Source: Candidatus Caldarchaeales archaeon (GTDB taxonomy: Archaea; Thermoproteota; Nitrososphaeria_A; Caldarchaeales; Wolframiiraptoraceae). Taken from it: a DNA stretch of 64,000 nucleotides. Under the pieces are notes generated by a model. It made no database searches. It was not told the DNA's origin and saw only the letters and a program-made list of their open reading frames with translations. Numbering within the stretch: the stretch's first letter is position 1; every line of letters begins with the position of its first letter. Location of the stretch: positions 128,001 to 192,000 of the forward strand of contig JBCNVN010000001.1 of NCBI GenBank assembly GCA_039630055.1, read 5' to 3'. Below are positions 9,789-20,072 of this stretch, one piece after another. The position numbers were made by a program, and so were the translations under genes.

Positions 9789-10817
9789 TTAAGGCCATTC
9801 AAAATCTATCTTTCCAATAATCCTTAGACAATCTAATAATCCTTCCGCATAAGCTATAGATCCTAAAGCATTATATATTTCTCCAGATGACCAGAATCTG
9901 CTAGCATCTTCAAGATAGCTTCTAGCCAGACCGATCACTCTCTTAACATCATCATTCACATCCTCAACTTTTAAACTTTCCAGTACTTGTCTAGTCTTTA
10001 AAATATATCTTAGTGTTCTATCCTTCTCAAATCTTGGAAGCTTATGTTGTTTTATTAATTCTTCTCTTACATTATATAATCTGATCAGTGCTTCGGCCTC
10101 CATGAAATGGAGCTCTCCTGGAAATACTAGCATATGAGGTGGAGGAGGATAATCTGTTTGGATTAGTTCTCTTATAGAGCCTGCTTTTACCATTTCTCCA
10201 TCCATGCCGATTCCTGCTAAAGCTACCGCTAAAGTATCTTCACGTACTACGCCTCTCCCCAAATCTTCCTCAGCATCAAGAAGTTTCTTAAGTGCCTCAA
10301 TTATAGTTAGACCACCTTCTGATGTATCTAGGAGTACTAGAGTATGTAGACCTCTCTCAATATTATCTTGGATTATCCTATAAGCCTCTCTAGGATCACC
10401 TTCTCGAGATAGAGTTGTAGTCTTCCCAAACCTATATGATTGGAGCCCAGTAATACTTGGAGCAGCAGAATGTGCAGAGACGCCATGCACTATCTTGAAC
10501 TGTACACCTCTCTTAACAGCTTCTACAATTAGTGATATATGGGTTGTAGCGATTAGAGGGTCTCCTTGGACAAGTATCGCAACCTCTCTATCTCTCGCTC
10601 TCTCAACTATCTCCTCCAGATTATCTTCAAGATCTCTCCTACTCGCTACTATCAACCTATCGCCTACTAATTTCTTTAATCGTTTCATCAACTCTCTCGA
10701 GATAAAGCCTGTATAGCTATCGAGATATACTTCATCGCATCTCTCTATTTCTTCAACAACAGCAAATGTAAGATATCTTACCGACCCTAATCCTAAACCA
10801 AGTAGATAGAGAGCCAT
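9789..10817 (-). CDS. dph5: Diphthine synthase with C-terminal DUF357-like domain
   Basis: LGLGL, YLDSYT, GDPLIATTH, GLQSYRFGK, HTLVLLD; tail YLEDASRF...AYAEGLLDCL. Confidence 0.92.
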   Translation of the reverse strand: MALYLLGLGLGSVRYLTFAVVEEIERCDEVYLDSYTGFISRELMKRLKKLVGDRLIVASRRDLEDNLEEIVERARDREVAILVQGDPLIATTHISLIVEAVKRGVQFKIVHGVSAHSAAPSITGLQSYRFGKTTTLSREGDPREAYRIIQDNIERGLHTLVLLDTSEGGLTIIEALKKLLDAEEDLGRGVVREDTLAVALAGIGMDGEMVKAGSIRELIQTDYPPPPHMLVFPGELHFMEAEALIRLYNVREELIKQHKLPRFEKDRTLRYILKTRQVLESLKVEDVNDDVKRVIGLARSYLEDASRFWSSGEIYNALGSIAYAEGLLDCLRIIGKIDFEWP

Positions 10818-10887
10818 CTCTATACCTTCCTATCTAAATCGTCAATAGTTTATAGATTTAAATTCTATATTAGAGAAATGTTCTCAT

Positions 10888-11958
10888 GTGAAAGGAGTTG
10901 TCTTTGCTGCGGGTCTAGGTAAGAGGCTTAAACCTCTAACTCTCTCTAGACCTAAGCATCTTCTACCTATCGCTGGTAAACCTATCTTGAAGAGGGTTCT
11001 TGAATCTCTATTATCAAATAATATAAGAGAGATAGGTGTCGTAGTATCATATATGAAGGAGTTAATCATGAGCAATGTTTCGAGTTATAACCTGGATATT
11101 AAGATAGATTGGATTATACAAGAAGAGCCGAGAGGAACTGGGCAAGCTCTACAAGTATGTGAAGAATACTTGAAAGATGAAGACTACTTCATAGTAACCT
11201 ATGGAGATATAACGTTGAACCATAAGGTAGTTAAAGAGATGTTGACCTTTTTTAGTAAGAATAAATGTGATGGAGTGGTTGAGGGTGTTCTGGTAGATGA
11301 CACTTCGAGATTTGGGAGAATAATCTCAAGGAATGGTTTATTGGAGATGATCGAGGAGAAGTCGAGTTCAGGTTCTGGAATGGTAAACTCTGGATTGTAC
11401 ATTCTTCCAAGGGAAGCTTTAGACGTAGCTAAAGAGATAAAGCCATCTAGTAGAGGTGAGTATGAGCTAACAGATATCTTGAATATCTTGGCTTCTAGAG
11501 GCTACAAAATCCTTATACATAGTTACTATAACCCGTATCAGGATATTCCTACTAGAAGCTGGTGGATTGACATTGGGAGTCCAAGAGATTATCTAAAAGC
11601 GAATATTGTAGTATTTACAGAAGAATTCGGTAATGAGATAGTCTGTGGATCAGAAGTCGATAGCTCCATCCATATTAGACCACCATCACTAATAAATGAG
11701 AATGTGAAAATAGGTGGAGACTCTATTATTGGCCCACATGTATTCATTATGGAGGATGTCGAGATAAGTCCAAACTCGATGATAGAGAATTCGATATTAT
11801 TAGAAGGATGTAAAGTGGGCTCGAAAACAATTATAAGAAATACGATCTTGGGAGAGTATACAGAAGTTGGAGAAGAAGTCTATATCGAAGGGGGAGAAGA
11901 TGTTTTAGTAGTTACTCCCCATACAGTCATCTCTGATAAAACAGTGCTAAAGAGATAG
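10888..11958 (+). CDS. Sugar-1-phosphate nucleotidyltransferase with C-terminal left-handed beta-helix
   Basis: AAGLGKRLKPLT..PKHLLP, QEEPRGTG, YGD, EK, SSRGEYELTD, hexapeptide repeats. Confidence 0.88.
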   Translation: MKGVVFAAGLGKRLKPLTLSRPKHLLPIAGKPILKRVLESLLSNNIREIGVVVSYMKELIMSNVSSYNLDIKIDWIIQEEPRGTGQALQVCEEYLKDEDYFIVTYGDITLNHKVVKEMLTFFSKNKCDGVVEGVLVDDTSRFGRIISRNGLLEMIEEKSSSGSGMVNSGLYILPREALDVAKEIKPSSRGEYELTDILNILASRGYKILIHSYYNPYQDIPTRSWWIDIGSPRDYLKANIVVFTEEFGNEIVCGSEVDSSIHIRPPSLINENVKIGGDSIIGPHVFIMEDVEISPNSMIENSILLEGCKVGSKTIIRNTILGEYTEVGEEVYIEGGEDVLVVTPHTVISDKTVLKR

Positions 11959-11963
11959 TTGTA

Positions 11964-12545
11964 CTATGAAGTATAACCATGTTGAAATACTGAATGAGCG
12001 ATTAGTCTCGCCAGTCTAAGAGGTTCAGGTATCTTACCGAATAATGTATACTTATTGATTAAGTTGAGGGCTGTCTCGACATCTACTCCAATGACCCTTA
12101 GATAGATCTTGAATCGATTCTTATTAACCACCTCGATCCTTGGCCCATTCTCTTCATAGACTCTAACCCTCTCAATCCAATCTTCTGGAAAATACTTGAT
12201 GAAGTAGTCTCTTATGCCTGCTGATGGATGATAGGTTAAGCAGACCAGTGGTATGTTTATTTCTTTATACATTCTTTTTAAGTCTATAACGTTAAACCAG
12301 CTTATAATACATCCGTTTAAGATCATTGCAGATATATCTGTCCTCTCAAGTTTATGGTACATCTTAATAATCGAATCGGTTGCATCCATTCCACCCACCT
12401 TACATCTTCCTAGAACTATTCCATCAACAACCAAGTCGCTTCTCATCACAACCCCTACAAGCAATGCATCTTGATTCAAGCCCTTCTTAAAACTCTCAGC
12501 TACACCCATTACCCTGATAGCTTTCTTCTCTAAGCTTAACCTCAA
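11964..12545 (-). CDS. DUF99 family protein (endonuclease V-like)
   Basis: GVAESF, VGVVMRSDLVVDG, GGMDAT, FNVID, KIPEPLRLARLIA. Confidence 0.85.
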   Translation of the reverse strand: MRLSLEKKAIRVMGVAESFKKGLNQDALLVGVVMRSDLVVDGIVLGRCKVGGMDATDSIIKMYHKLERTDISAMILNGCIISWFNVIDLKRMYKEINIPLVCLTYHPSAGIRDYFIKYFPEDWIERVRVYEENGPRIEVVNKNRFKIYLRVIGVDVETALNLINKYTLFGKIPEPLRLARLIAHSVFQHGYTS

Positions 12546-12621
12546 TCAGTTAATCCTCCAAATAGAGATCTCAACAAGATTATATATTATTTATTAGCTA
12601 AGAATATATTCTAGAGAACTA

Positions 12622-12933
12622 TTATAGTTCTAACTGAGTCTCCGTCTTCAAGTTTACAAACTGGATTCTGCGACCATACTTCTTCTTCAAGGCAAGTATC
12701 GGCAAAGCCCCTGCAGCATCGGCTAACATACATAATCTAGATTTATCTACTTTTAGAATCCTAGAACTATACTTACACTCAACCATCAGGATCCTCCCAT
12801 TCTTTAGAGCGATGAGATCTACAGGCTTACTTCTAGCAGCCCTTATAACGATCCAGCTCTTCTTCTCTAAAAGATTCTTAACCTCCCACTCGAACCTCCT
12901 ACCCTTTGGATAACTCAATACAACACTCTCCAA
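12622..12933 (-). CDS. Small PD-(D/E)XK nuclease, Holliday junction resolvase-like
   Basis: KGRRFEWEV, RAARS.PVDLIAL, VECK. Confidence 0.75.
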   Translation of the reverse strand: MESVVLSYPKGRRFEWEVKNLLEKKSWIVIRAARSKPVDLIALKNGRILMVECKYSSRILKVDKSRLCMLADAAGALPILALKKKYGRRIQFVNLKTETQLEL

Positions 12934-13144
12934 AAATCTTTACAAGATAACAATAGAATATAATAATATAATTCTTTTCAAAATCGGTATCTATACACTA
13001 TGCTAGTCTCACGACATACCCACTATATCGGCTAGAAACAGAACATAGTCTCTAGTCTACTAGTAAGCGCTTTTCTAAAGATTCGTGTATGGGAAGATTG
13101 GGAAAATTCTATGACGGAAAACATTATGAGTGGATGTATCTGGA

Positions 13145-14428
13145 TTAGAGACCAAGTTTCTTAGACTTTTTCAACCTATCCAGTATCTCTTGAGCCTTAT
13201 CCAGTCTTACCGTTCTCTCCCTTATCATCTCTTCCGCTACCCTGTCTATCTCTTCACCTACCGCTCCAGCCATCACCGCTATATTCTTTGCATGAAGAGA
13301 CATGTGGCCTGCCTGTATACCCTCTGCTGCTAATGCTCGGAGAGCAGCTAAATTCTGTACAAGCCCTACCGCTCCTATTACCTCTGATAGTTCTTGAGCC
13401 GTCTCGACACCTAGAATCTTTAATGAGATCCTAGCTAGTGGATGAGTCTTTGTAGCTCCTCCAACTATCCCGACCGCTAATGGCATCTCCAAGACCCCAT
13501 ATAGATAGTTTCCATCCGTCTCCCATCTACTCAAGGGTCGATATCTCCCATCTCGAGCAGCGTATGAGTGTGCTCCCGCCTCTATCGCTCTCCAATCATT
13601 TCCAGTAGCTATCACAACTGCATCTACTCCATTCATAATCCCCTTATTATGTGTTGCAGCTCGGTAAGGGTCGGCATCTGCAAAAGCCCAAGCCTCTACG
13701 ATCCCCTCTGCAACATCTCTACCTCCTACGGATTCTACAGGTACCTTTGTCCAAGCTCTTACAATCCTCCTATCTGCAAGGTTAGATATTATTCTCAATC
13801 TAAAAGTTCCTCCAGATAATGAGGCTAAACGTGGTGCGATCGCCTCAGCCATCGTATTAACAGCATTGGCCCCCATCGCATCTCTCACATCAACCAATAA
13901 GTGTACTATCAACATGGTTCCGATGCTGGTCTCTACAATTCTAACTTCAAGGTCTCTCGCACCTCCTCCTAATTTCACGAGTACTGGATCACATTGATTA
14001 GCCAATTCGATGATCTCGTTCTTCTTCTTCAGTATCTCAAGTCTTGCAAAACTAGGTTGAGGAACCTTCACCAACTGTACTTGACCGATCATTAGTGGAC
14101 CAGTACTCATAGTGTATACTCCGCCTCCATCTCTCGTCATCTTTGCAGCATTAGATGCTGCCGCTACAACTGATGGTTCCTCGATAACCATTGGGATTAA
14201 GTAGTCTCTATTATTTATCAGGAAGTTGACTGCTATGCCCAGAGGTAATTGATAGGTTGAGATAACGTTCTCTATCATCCTGTTTGCAGTATCTAAGTCT
14301 AAAGCTCCATATCTCTTCAATAACTCTATTTCCTCACTGTTCAGTTTAGCATACTCGGAGACTATTCTCAATCTCTCCTCTACTGGTAATCTATAGAATC
14401 CGGGGATCCTAGAACTGTCCCTCACCAT
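13145..14428 (-). CDS. mvaA: HMG-CoA reductase, class II
   Basis: IENVI, EEPSVVAAAS, DAMGAN, ATHNKGIMNG, GNDWRAIEAGAH, GIQAGHMSLH. Confidence 0.95.
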   Translation of the reverse strand: MVRDSSRIPGFYRLPVEERLRIVSEYAKLNSEEIELLKRYGALDLDTANRMIENVISTYQLPLGIAVNFLINNRDYLIPMVIEEPSVVAAASNAAKMTRDGGGVYTMSTGPLMIGQVQLVKVPQPSFARLEILKKKNEIIELANQCDPVLVKLGGGARDLEVRIVETSIGTMLIVHLLVDVRDAMGANAVNTMAEAIAPRLASLSGGTFRLRIISNLADRRIVRAWTKVPVESVGGRDVAEGIVEAWAFADADPYRAATHNKGIMNGVDAVVIATGNDWRAIEAGAHSYAARDGRYRPLSRWETDGNYLYGVLEMPLAVGIVGGATKTHPLARISLKILGVETAQELSEVIGAVGLVQNLAALRALAAEGIQAGHMSLHAKNIAVMAGAVGEEIDRVAEEMIRERTVRLDKAQEILDRLKKSKKLGL

Positions 14429-14553
14429 TTTATCAGAGTTGTACCATATATCTCCACTTTTATCTATTTCTCAAATAATTATGTCTCTTGACGTAACTAT
14501 ATAGTAAAAATCCTTAAAAGGGACTTGCATATTCTATAAATAGAGTTAATATT

Positions 14554-15909
14554 TTGGAGGTTTATGTCTTGGCTAAAGAAGAATTATTAAAGAAAGCTCA
14601 ACTTCCTTCTCAGCTCGCTATGAAATATCATCCATTCTATAGGGGGAAGATCCAGATCACGTTAAAGGCCCCAGTCAGGAGTTATGACGACTTCGCTATA
14701 TGGTATACTCCAGGAGTTGCAGAACCATGTAAAGCAATTAAAAATAACAAAGATCTGGTCTTCGAGTATACTAATAGAGCCAACATGATCGCTGTAATAA
14801 GTGATGGAACTAGAGTACTAGGATTAGGTGATATAGGACCTGAAGCGGGGCTACCAGTCATGGAGGGTAAGGCTCTACTCTTCAAGTATCTTGGAGGGGT
14901 TGATGCAGTTCCAATAGTTCTAAATGTTAGAGATGCGGATGAGATAATTAAAGTTGTAAAAGCTCTAGAGCCAAGCTTCGGTGGAATAAATTTAGAAGAT
15001 ATTGAGAAACCTAAATGTTTCTACATCTTGGAGACCTTGAGGAGGGAGATGAGCATACCTGTTTGGCATGATGACCAGCAAGGAACGGCAACCGTAACCA
15101 CAGCAGCTCTCATAAATGCGTTAAAATTAGTTAATAAGAAGATCAACGACGTGATAGTAGCTATGATTGGTGCAGGTGCTGCGAATATAGCTATTGCAAG
15201 ATTGATCATCGCTGCTGGGGTGGATCCCGGCAAAATAAGAATGGTTGATAGTAAAGGGATCCTATACTCTGAGAGAGAAGATGTAGATAAACTTCAGTTT
15301 AGCGATCCTTGGAAGTATGAAATGGCTATAAAAACAAATCGCGAGAGAGTTGTTGGAGGCATCCCTGAATCATTGAAAGGAGCAGACGTAGTTATAGGCA
15401 TGTCTCAACCTGGACCAGGAGTTATCAAGAAAGAATGGATTAAAGATATGGCAGATGATAGCATAGTGTTTGCATGTGCTAACCCTATACCTGAGATATG
15501 GCCCTGGGAAGCCAAAGAAGCTGGAGCAAGAATAGTTGCTACTGGAAGATCCGATTTCCCAAATCAAGTCAATAACTCTCTAGGCTTTCCAGGAATATTT
15601 AGAGGTGCATTAGATGTTAGAGCGAAGACTATAACGGACGAGATGTGTCTAGCCGCTGCCACCGAACTCGCAAAAGTGGCAGAAGAGAAAGGACTATCCG
15701 AGGATTATATTATACCAACTATGGAGGACTGGGAGGTTTATCCGAGAGAAGCAGTAGCGGTAGGGATGAAAGCGATAGAACAAAATGTTGCAAGGATTAA
15801 GATGAGTAGAGATGAGCTCTATGAACTAGCATACAGAACTATCAGGAACGCACGAGAGATGGTCCACTTAATTATGAGGGAAGGGTTTATCTGCTCTCCA
15901 CCCGTATAA
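14554..15909 (+). CDS. NAD(P)-dependent malic enzyme
   Basis: YTPGVA, GTRVLGLGDIG, MEGKALLFK, NLEDI, HDDQQGT, GAGAA, ANP.PE, TGRSDFPNQVNN. Confidence 0.94.
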   Translation: MEVYVLAKEELLKKAQLPSQLAMKYHPFYRGKIQITLKAPVRSYDDFAIWYTPGVAEPCKAIKNNKDLVFEYTNRANMIAVISDGTRVLGLGDIGPEAGLPVMEGKALLFKYLGGVDAVPIVLNVRDADEIIKVVKALEPSFGGINLEDIEKPKCFYILETLRREMSIPVWHDDQQGTATVTTAALINALKLVNKKINDVIVAMIGAGAANIAIARLIIAAGVDPGKIRMVDSKGILYSEREDVDKLQFSDPWKYEMAIKTNRERVVGGIPESLKGADVVIGMSQPGPGVIKKEWIKDMADDSIVFACANPIPEIWPWEAKEAGARIVATGRSDFPNQVNNSLGFPGIFRGALDVRAKTITDEMCLAAATELAKVAEEKGLSEDYIIPTMEDWEVYPREAVAVGMKAIEQNVARIKMSRDELYELAYRTIRNAREMVHLIMREGFICSPPV

Positions 15910-16101
15910 TCAAAATCAGTATCCCCTCGAACAAAGAGCTCCTATCTACCAAGATATCTTATCTATCTGGTCTTATATGTAAGAAAATCTGGAAAAAATT
16001 TTCTTACTAAGGCTTTTTATTCGATTAAAGATGATAATGATACGATGTGGCTTAATTAAAGGTAAGTTTATCTATTACTTTAAGAGGGTTAAAGATTTGG
16101 A

Positions 16102-16866
16102 ATGATAGAGGAATTGGGGGAGATAGTAGAGATAGTTGAGGTTGAGCCAACCATTGGTGAGGGTTTCATAATTGTAGAAGGATTTCCAGATGTCGGCCTT
16201 GTCGGAACCATTGCTGCATCATTCTTAGCTGATAGGCTTCAGATGAAAGAAATAGGACACATAGAATCTGATGCTCTACCCCCTATAATATCTGTGAAGA
16301 ATGGTAAGGTTCTCGACCTAGTAAGATTGTATAGAAAGAACAATCTGATAGTAATTGTCTCCGAGATACCTATTCCATCACCTATTATTAGACCTATAAG
16401 CCAGAAGATCGTAGAGTGGGCCATCTCAAAGAATGCCAAGATCATTATCAGTTTAACCGGGATGCCTGAGCCAGCCCGGATCGATATCGATGTACCGAAA
16501 GTCTACGTTCTAGGAAGCAATCAGAAGGTCTCTGAAGATGCATTAAAGATAGAGGGAGCAGAAGCCTTCACAGATGGGTATATTGCAGGAATAAAAGGAA
16601 TGATCTTAAGAGAGAGCATTAAGAGAGATTTCAACGCCTTGCTTATACTGTCCCAATCACACTTCAATTATCCAGATCCAGGGTCTGCTGCAGAAACATT
16701 AAAATATCTATCCAAACTATTATCAATAAGTATAGATGTTAGACCATTACTTGAGAGTGCGGAAGAGTTAAAGCTAAGGCTTAGAGATTTGATGAGGAGG
16801 ACGAGTCAAGCTATGCAAGATGTTCAGAAATCTCGTGAATTGGAGTTGCCCGCGGTCTACTTGTAG
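16102..16866 (+). CDS. PAC2-family proteasome assembly chaperone/activator
   Basis: GFPDVGLVGTIAA, YPDPGSAA, C-terminal V-Y-L (HbYX). Confidence 0.88.
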   Translation: MIEELGEIVEIVEVEPTIGEGFIIVEGFPDVGLVGTIAASFLADRLQMKEIGHIESDALPPIISVKNGKVLDLVRLYRKNNLIVIVSEIPIPSPIIRPISQKIVEWAISKNAKIIISLTGMPEPARIDIDVPKVYVLGSNQKVSEDALKIEGAEAFTDGYIAGIKGMILRESIKRDFNALLILSQSHFNYPDPGSAAETLKYLSKLLSISIDVRPLLESAEELKLRLRDLMRRTSQAMQDVQKSRELELPAVYL

Positions 16867-16878
16867 GAGGGAGGATGA

Positions 16879-17292
16879 ATGACGTATAGAAGATCGATCT
16901 GGAAGCTAATGATAGATGAGTTTAAGAGGCTTGAGCAGGAATTAAGAAATGTTGAAGAAGATTTCTTTATGAAGATTAAAGGTTTAGAATCGATGAGAGG
17001 ATGTATAACCCCGCTCTACAATGTCTATGAGTCAGGAGATGAACTTATAGTTACCGCAGATCTACCTGGAACAAGTAGAGATGAGATAGACTTAACGGTT
17101 GGTGAAGACTATTTGAAGATAGAAGCACCATGTCGTTCTCCAGCTAGAAGAGTGAAGGAAGGAAGATATCTTTTACATGTAAGGTTGCCTGTAGAGATTG
17201 AGCCAGAGTCTGTTAAAGCAAGATATAAGGAAGGTGTTCTAGAGATAAACGCAAAGAAGAAGATTAGAGGTTTCAAGATCAAAGTTACTTAA
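16879..17292 (+). CDS. Small heat shock protein (Hsp20)
   Basis: ADLPG, LPVEIEP, KARYKEGVLEI alpha-crystallin motifs. Confidence 0.9.
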   Translation: MTYRRSIWKLMIDEFKRLEQELRNVEEDFFMKIKGLESMRGCITPLYNVYESGDELIVTADLPGTSRDEIDLTVGEDYLKIEAPCRSPARRVKEGRYLLHVRLPVEIEPESVKARYKEGVLEINAKKKIRGFKIKVT

Positions 17293-17353
17293 ATTCTATA
17301 GGTTCATAAACGTCTAACTATGGATATGCATAGTTTCAAAGATAGAGCTTATT

Positions 17354-18307
17354 CTAAGGATTGAGAAGGTTTTGTAAAACCATTCTCCAAGCTTTCAGAA
17401 TATTCTCTCTATTATATCCTCCACCACCTAGAGCTAAGAGTCTACCACTACATCGTTCTTCAGATATCTTATGCAATCTTGAAGTCACATGTTCATGTAC
17501 TTTCTCACTATACATTAAGCCCGTTAAGGGGTCTCCGGAAAGTCCATCGGCTCCCGCCTGGAGTATTATAAACTCTGGGCTAAATCTATCGATAAACTCT
17601 TCAGCCATCCTCCAAGCTTCTAGAAACTCTTCATCCGATGAACCAGGCATTAATGGTATATTGAGCTTTGTCCCCTCAGCTTCTCCTCCACCTCTTTCAT
17701 GAGCGAAGCCTGTACCCGGATACAATGTTCTACCATCTTGATGTATATCGACCATTATCAGTTTTTTATTGAAGTAGTAATCGTAGAAGACCCCATCTCC
17801 ATGATGTGCATCTATATCTACGTAAAGAACTTGATCGAGCTTAACTATCTTGAGCAGATAACTTATCGCGACTGAAGCATCATTGAAGATGCAGAATCCT
17901 GCAGCCCTATCTCTACGAGCATGATGTAGTCCTCCTACGGGGTTGAACCCATGGTCTATTTCATCTTTGAGGATCATCTTCACTAGCTTGAGCGTCGAGC
18001 CAACAATATATGCCGATGCATCATAACATCCTTTGAAAGCAGGAGTATCTCCATAGTCTAGATATCCATATCCAGATTCAGACTTTCTCTTCACAAAGTC
18101 TATGTAATCGAGATCGTGATGTAGTAAGAGATCTTCTTCACTCGCCGATTCTAGATCAACGGTAAGAAGCTTATCAGGGTAGAGCTTTAAGAATTCTGAT
18201 AATACTTCTTCATAGAATCGCTTAACTCTATCATATCTGAATGGATGCGGGTCTGGGAAGGAGTAGAGAAAAGCCTTCTCACCGAAAATTACTCCAACTC
18301 TACACAT
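17354..18307 (-). CDS. Histone deacetylase / AcuC family Zn-dependent deacetylase
   Basis: GGLHHA, GFCIFND, DIDAHHGDG, YPGTG, GAD, GGGGY. Confidence 0.92.
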   Translation of the reverse strand: MCRVGVIFGEKAFLYSFPDPHPFRYDRVKRFYEEVLSEFLKLYPDKLLTVDLESASEEDLLLHHDLDYIDFVKRKSESGYGYLDYGDTPAFKGCYDASAYIVGSTLKLVKMILKDEIDHGFNPVGGLHHARRDRAAGFCIFNDASVAISYLLKIVKLDQVLYVDIDAHHGDGVFYDYYFNKKLIMVDIHQDGRTLYPGTGFAHERGGGEAEGTKLNIPLMPGSSDEEFLEAWRMAEEFIDRFSPEFIILQAGADGLSGDPLTGLMYSEKVHEHVTSRLHKISEERCSGRLLALGGGGYNRENILKAWRMVLQNLLNP

Positions 18308-18574
18308 AGTTTAATCTACTAATAAAGACCATGGAAATACGTTTATAAAATCTTATCTTATCCTACCATTATTACACTCATTAGAATATTTGTCAGCTTT
18401 TACATTTAATCAGTAGGTTAAAGAAAAAATATAAGATTGATTAGATAAGATGGGAAGATTTAGATTAGAATGATATGTGTAATAGCTATAGAGGGAGATC
18501 TTTATGGAAATAGAGATTCAAGGTAGAAACATTGAGTAAACATATATTTTTCTCTATCAATAACATATTGTTAG

Positions 18575-19045
18575 ATGAAGCCTACATATGATGAGAAGGA
18601 TCTAGAGATACTAAAGATTCTTCAAGAGAATGGTAGAGCATCTTACTCAGAGATAGCGAGGAAGCTGGGGCTGAGCGAGGCTGCAGTATATACTAGGATA
18701 CAGAAACTAATTAAGCAAGGGATCATAAAAGGATTTCAAGCGATACTAGACTCAGAGAAGATCGGGCTCAATCTTACAGCAATAATCGCTATAAAAGCAC
18801 AACCAACCAAGTATGAGAACGTTCTAAAAGAGCTCTCCCAGATGTCTGAGATATCTGAGATCTATGATGTAACGGGAGATTACTACTGCTTGATAAAGTT
18901 GAAGGTATCCAATAGAGAGTCTCTAGCAAAGTTTCTTGACAGAGTTGGCACCATGGATGGGGTTGTGGCCACAGACACGAGGATAGTATTACGAACCATT
19001 AAAGAATCACACGTGTTACCCTTAGACAGAATCATGAATCAATAG
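18575..19045 (+). CDS. Lrp/AsnC family transcriptional regulator
   Basis: DEKDLEIL..LQENGRASYSEIA HTH, VTGDY effector domain. Confidence 0.93.
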   Translation: MKPTYDEKDLEILKILQENGRASYSEIARKLGLSEAAVYTRIQKLIKQGIIKGFQAILDSEKIGLNLTAIIAIKAQPTKYENVLKELSQMSEISEIYDVTGDYYCLIKLKVSNRESLAKFLDRVGTMDGVVATDTRIVLRTIKESHVLPLDRIMNQ

Positions 19046-19083
19046 GTTTAAACTTCTCACTAACCGAGTCTTGTAAAAATAAC

Positions 19084-19890
19084 CTATATGAGTCCTCTAC
19101 TATCAAGTAGTTTGTATAGCTCCATTAAGTTCTCAGATGTATATTGGGGTCTATCATGAGGGGGAGCTCTCTCCAAGTCTTCTCTCCTCGTAACCCCTGA
19201 TAAGACTAGTGCGGTATCGGCTCCGATACTCTTACCTGAAGCTACATCGGTCTCAAGCCGATCACCTACAACCAATGTTCTCTCAGGACTGGCTGCAAAT
19301 CTCTCAAGAGCTAGATCCATAATGATCCTTGAAGGTTTACCGATAACGATCGGCTCTATACCCACGGAATACTTTACCGCTATAGCTATCGCTCCAGCTC
19401 CTGGATCTATTCCATCTTCAGAAGGTATCGTTAGATCAATGTTGGTTGCTAAGAATCTAGCTCCATTCATTATTGCTCTCGCAGCCGCCTTCAATTTTAA
19501 ATATGTTAATTCTCTATCCAATCCTACAACAACGTATTCTGCCTCTCTCCACTCCTCGATATTTAGAACTCTATGTTTCATTCTTCCACAGTACTCTATG
19601 AAGCCTCTCTCAGTTATAGGTAAGATCTTACTCGGCCCAGACTCTCTGAGTATGTATAATGAAGTTGCTTCACCAGATGTTAAGATCTCTTCTGGAGAAG
19701 ATTCTATTCCCATCTGCTTAAGTTTTAGAGCATAATCTTCAGAGGTTAACGTTGAATTATTTGTAAGAAACAATATCTTTAAGCCTCTTCTTCTAAAAAG
19801 ATCTAGAGCCTCTCTAGATCCCTTTATCAATTGATTTCCAATGTATACACAGCCATCGAGATCTAAGATTATCGCCTCATACTTCTTCAT
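19084..19890 (-). CDS. HAD-IIA hydrolase (NagD-like)
   Basis: DLDGCVY, LTNNS, GKP, VGDRLETD. Confidence 0.92.
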   Translation of the reverse strand: MKKYEAIILDLDGCVYIGNQLIKGSREALDLFRRRGLKILFLTNNSTLTSEDYALKLKQMGIESSPEEILTSGEATSLYILRESGPSKILPITERGFIEYCGRMKHRVLNIEEWREAEYVVVGLDRELTYLKLKAAARAIMNGARFLATNIDLTIPSEDGIDPGAGAIAIAVKYSVGIEPIVIGKPSRIIMDLALERFAASPERTLVVGDRLETDVASGKSIGADTALVLSGVTRREDLERAPPHDRPQYTSENLMELYKLLDSRGLI

Positions 19891-20072
19891 AAATTCTCTA
19901 TTATTTCCTTGCCATAATCTTAAATCTTAAATTTTACTGTTATTAAATAGTCTCTAAAAAAATCTTAATCAACTTCTAATTAGATATGCAAATAGCATCA
20001 ATCTTCTTTCAAGAAATAAAAGAGAATTATATAAAGATTTGAGAAATTAGATGATTCGTTTTCTTAATATTT

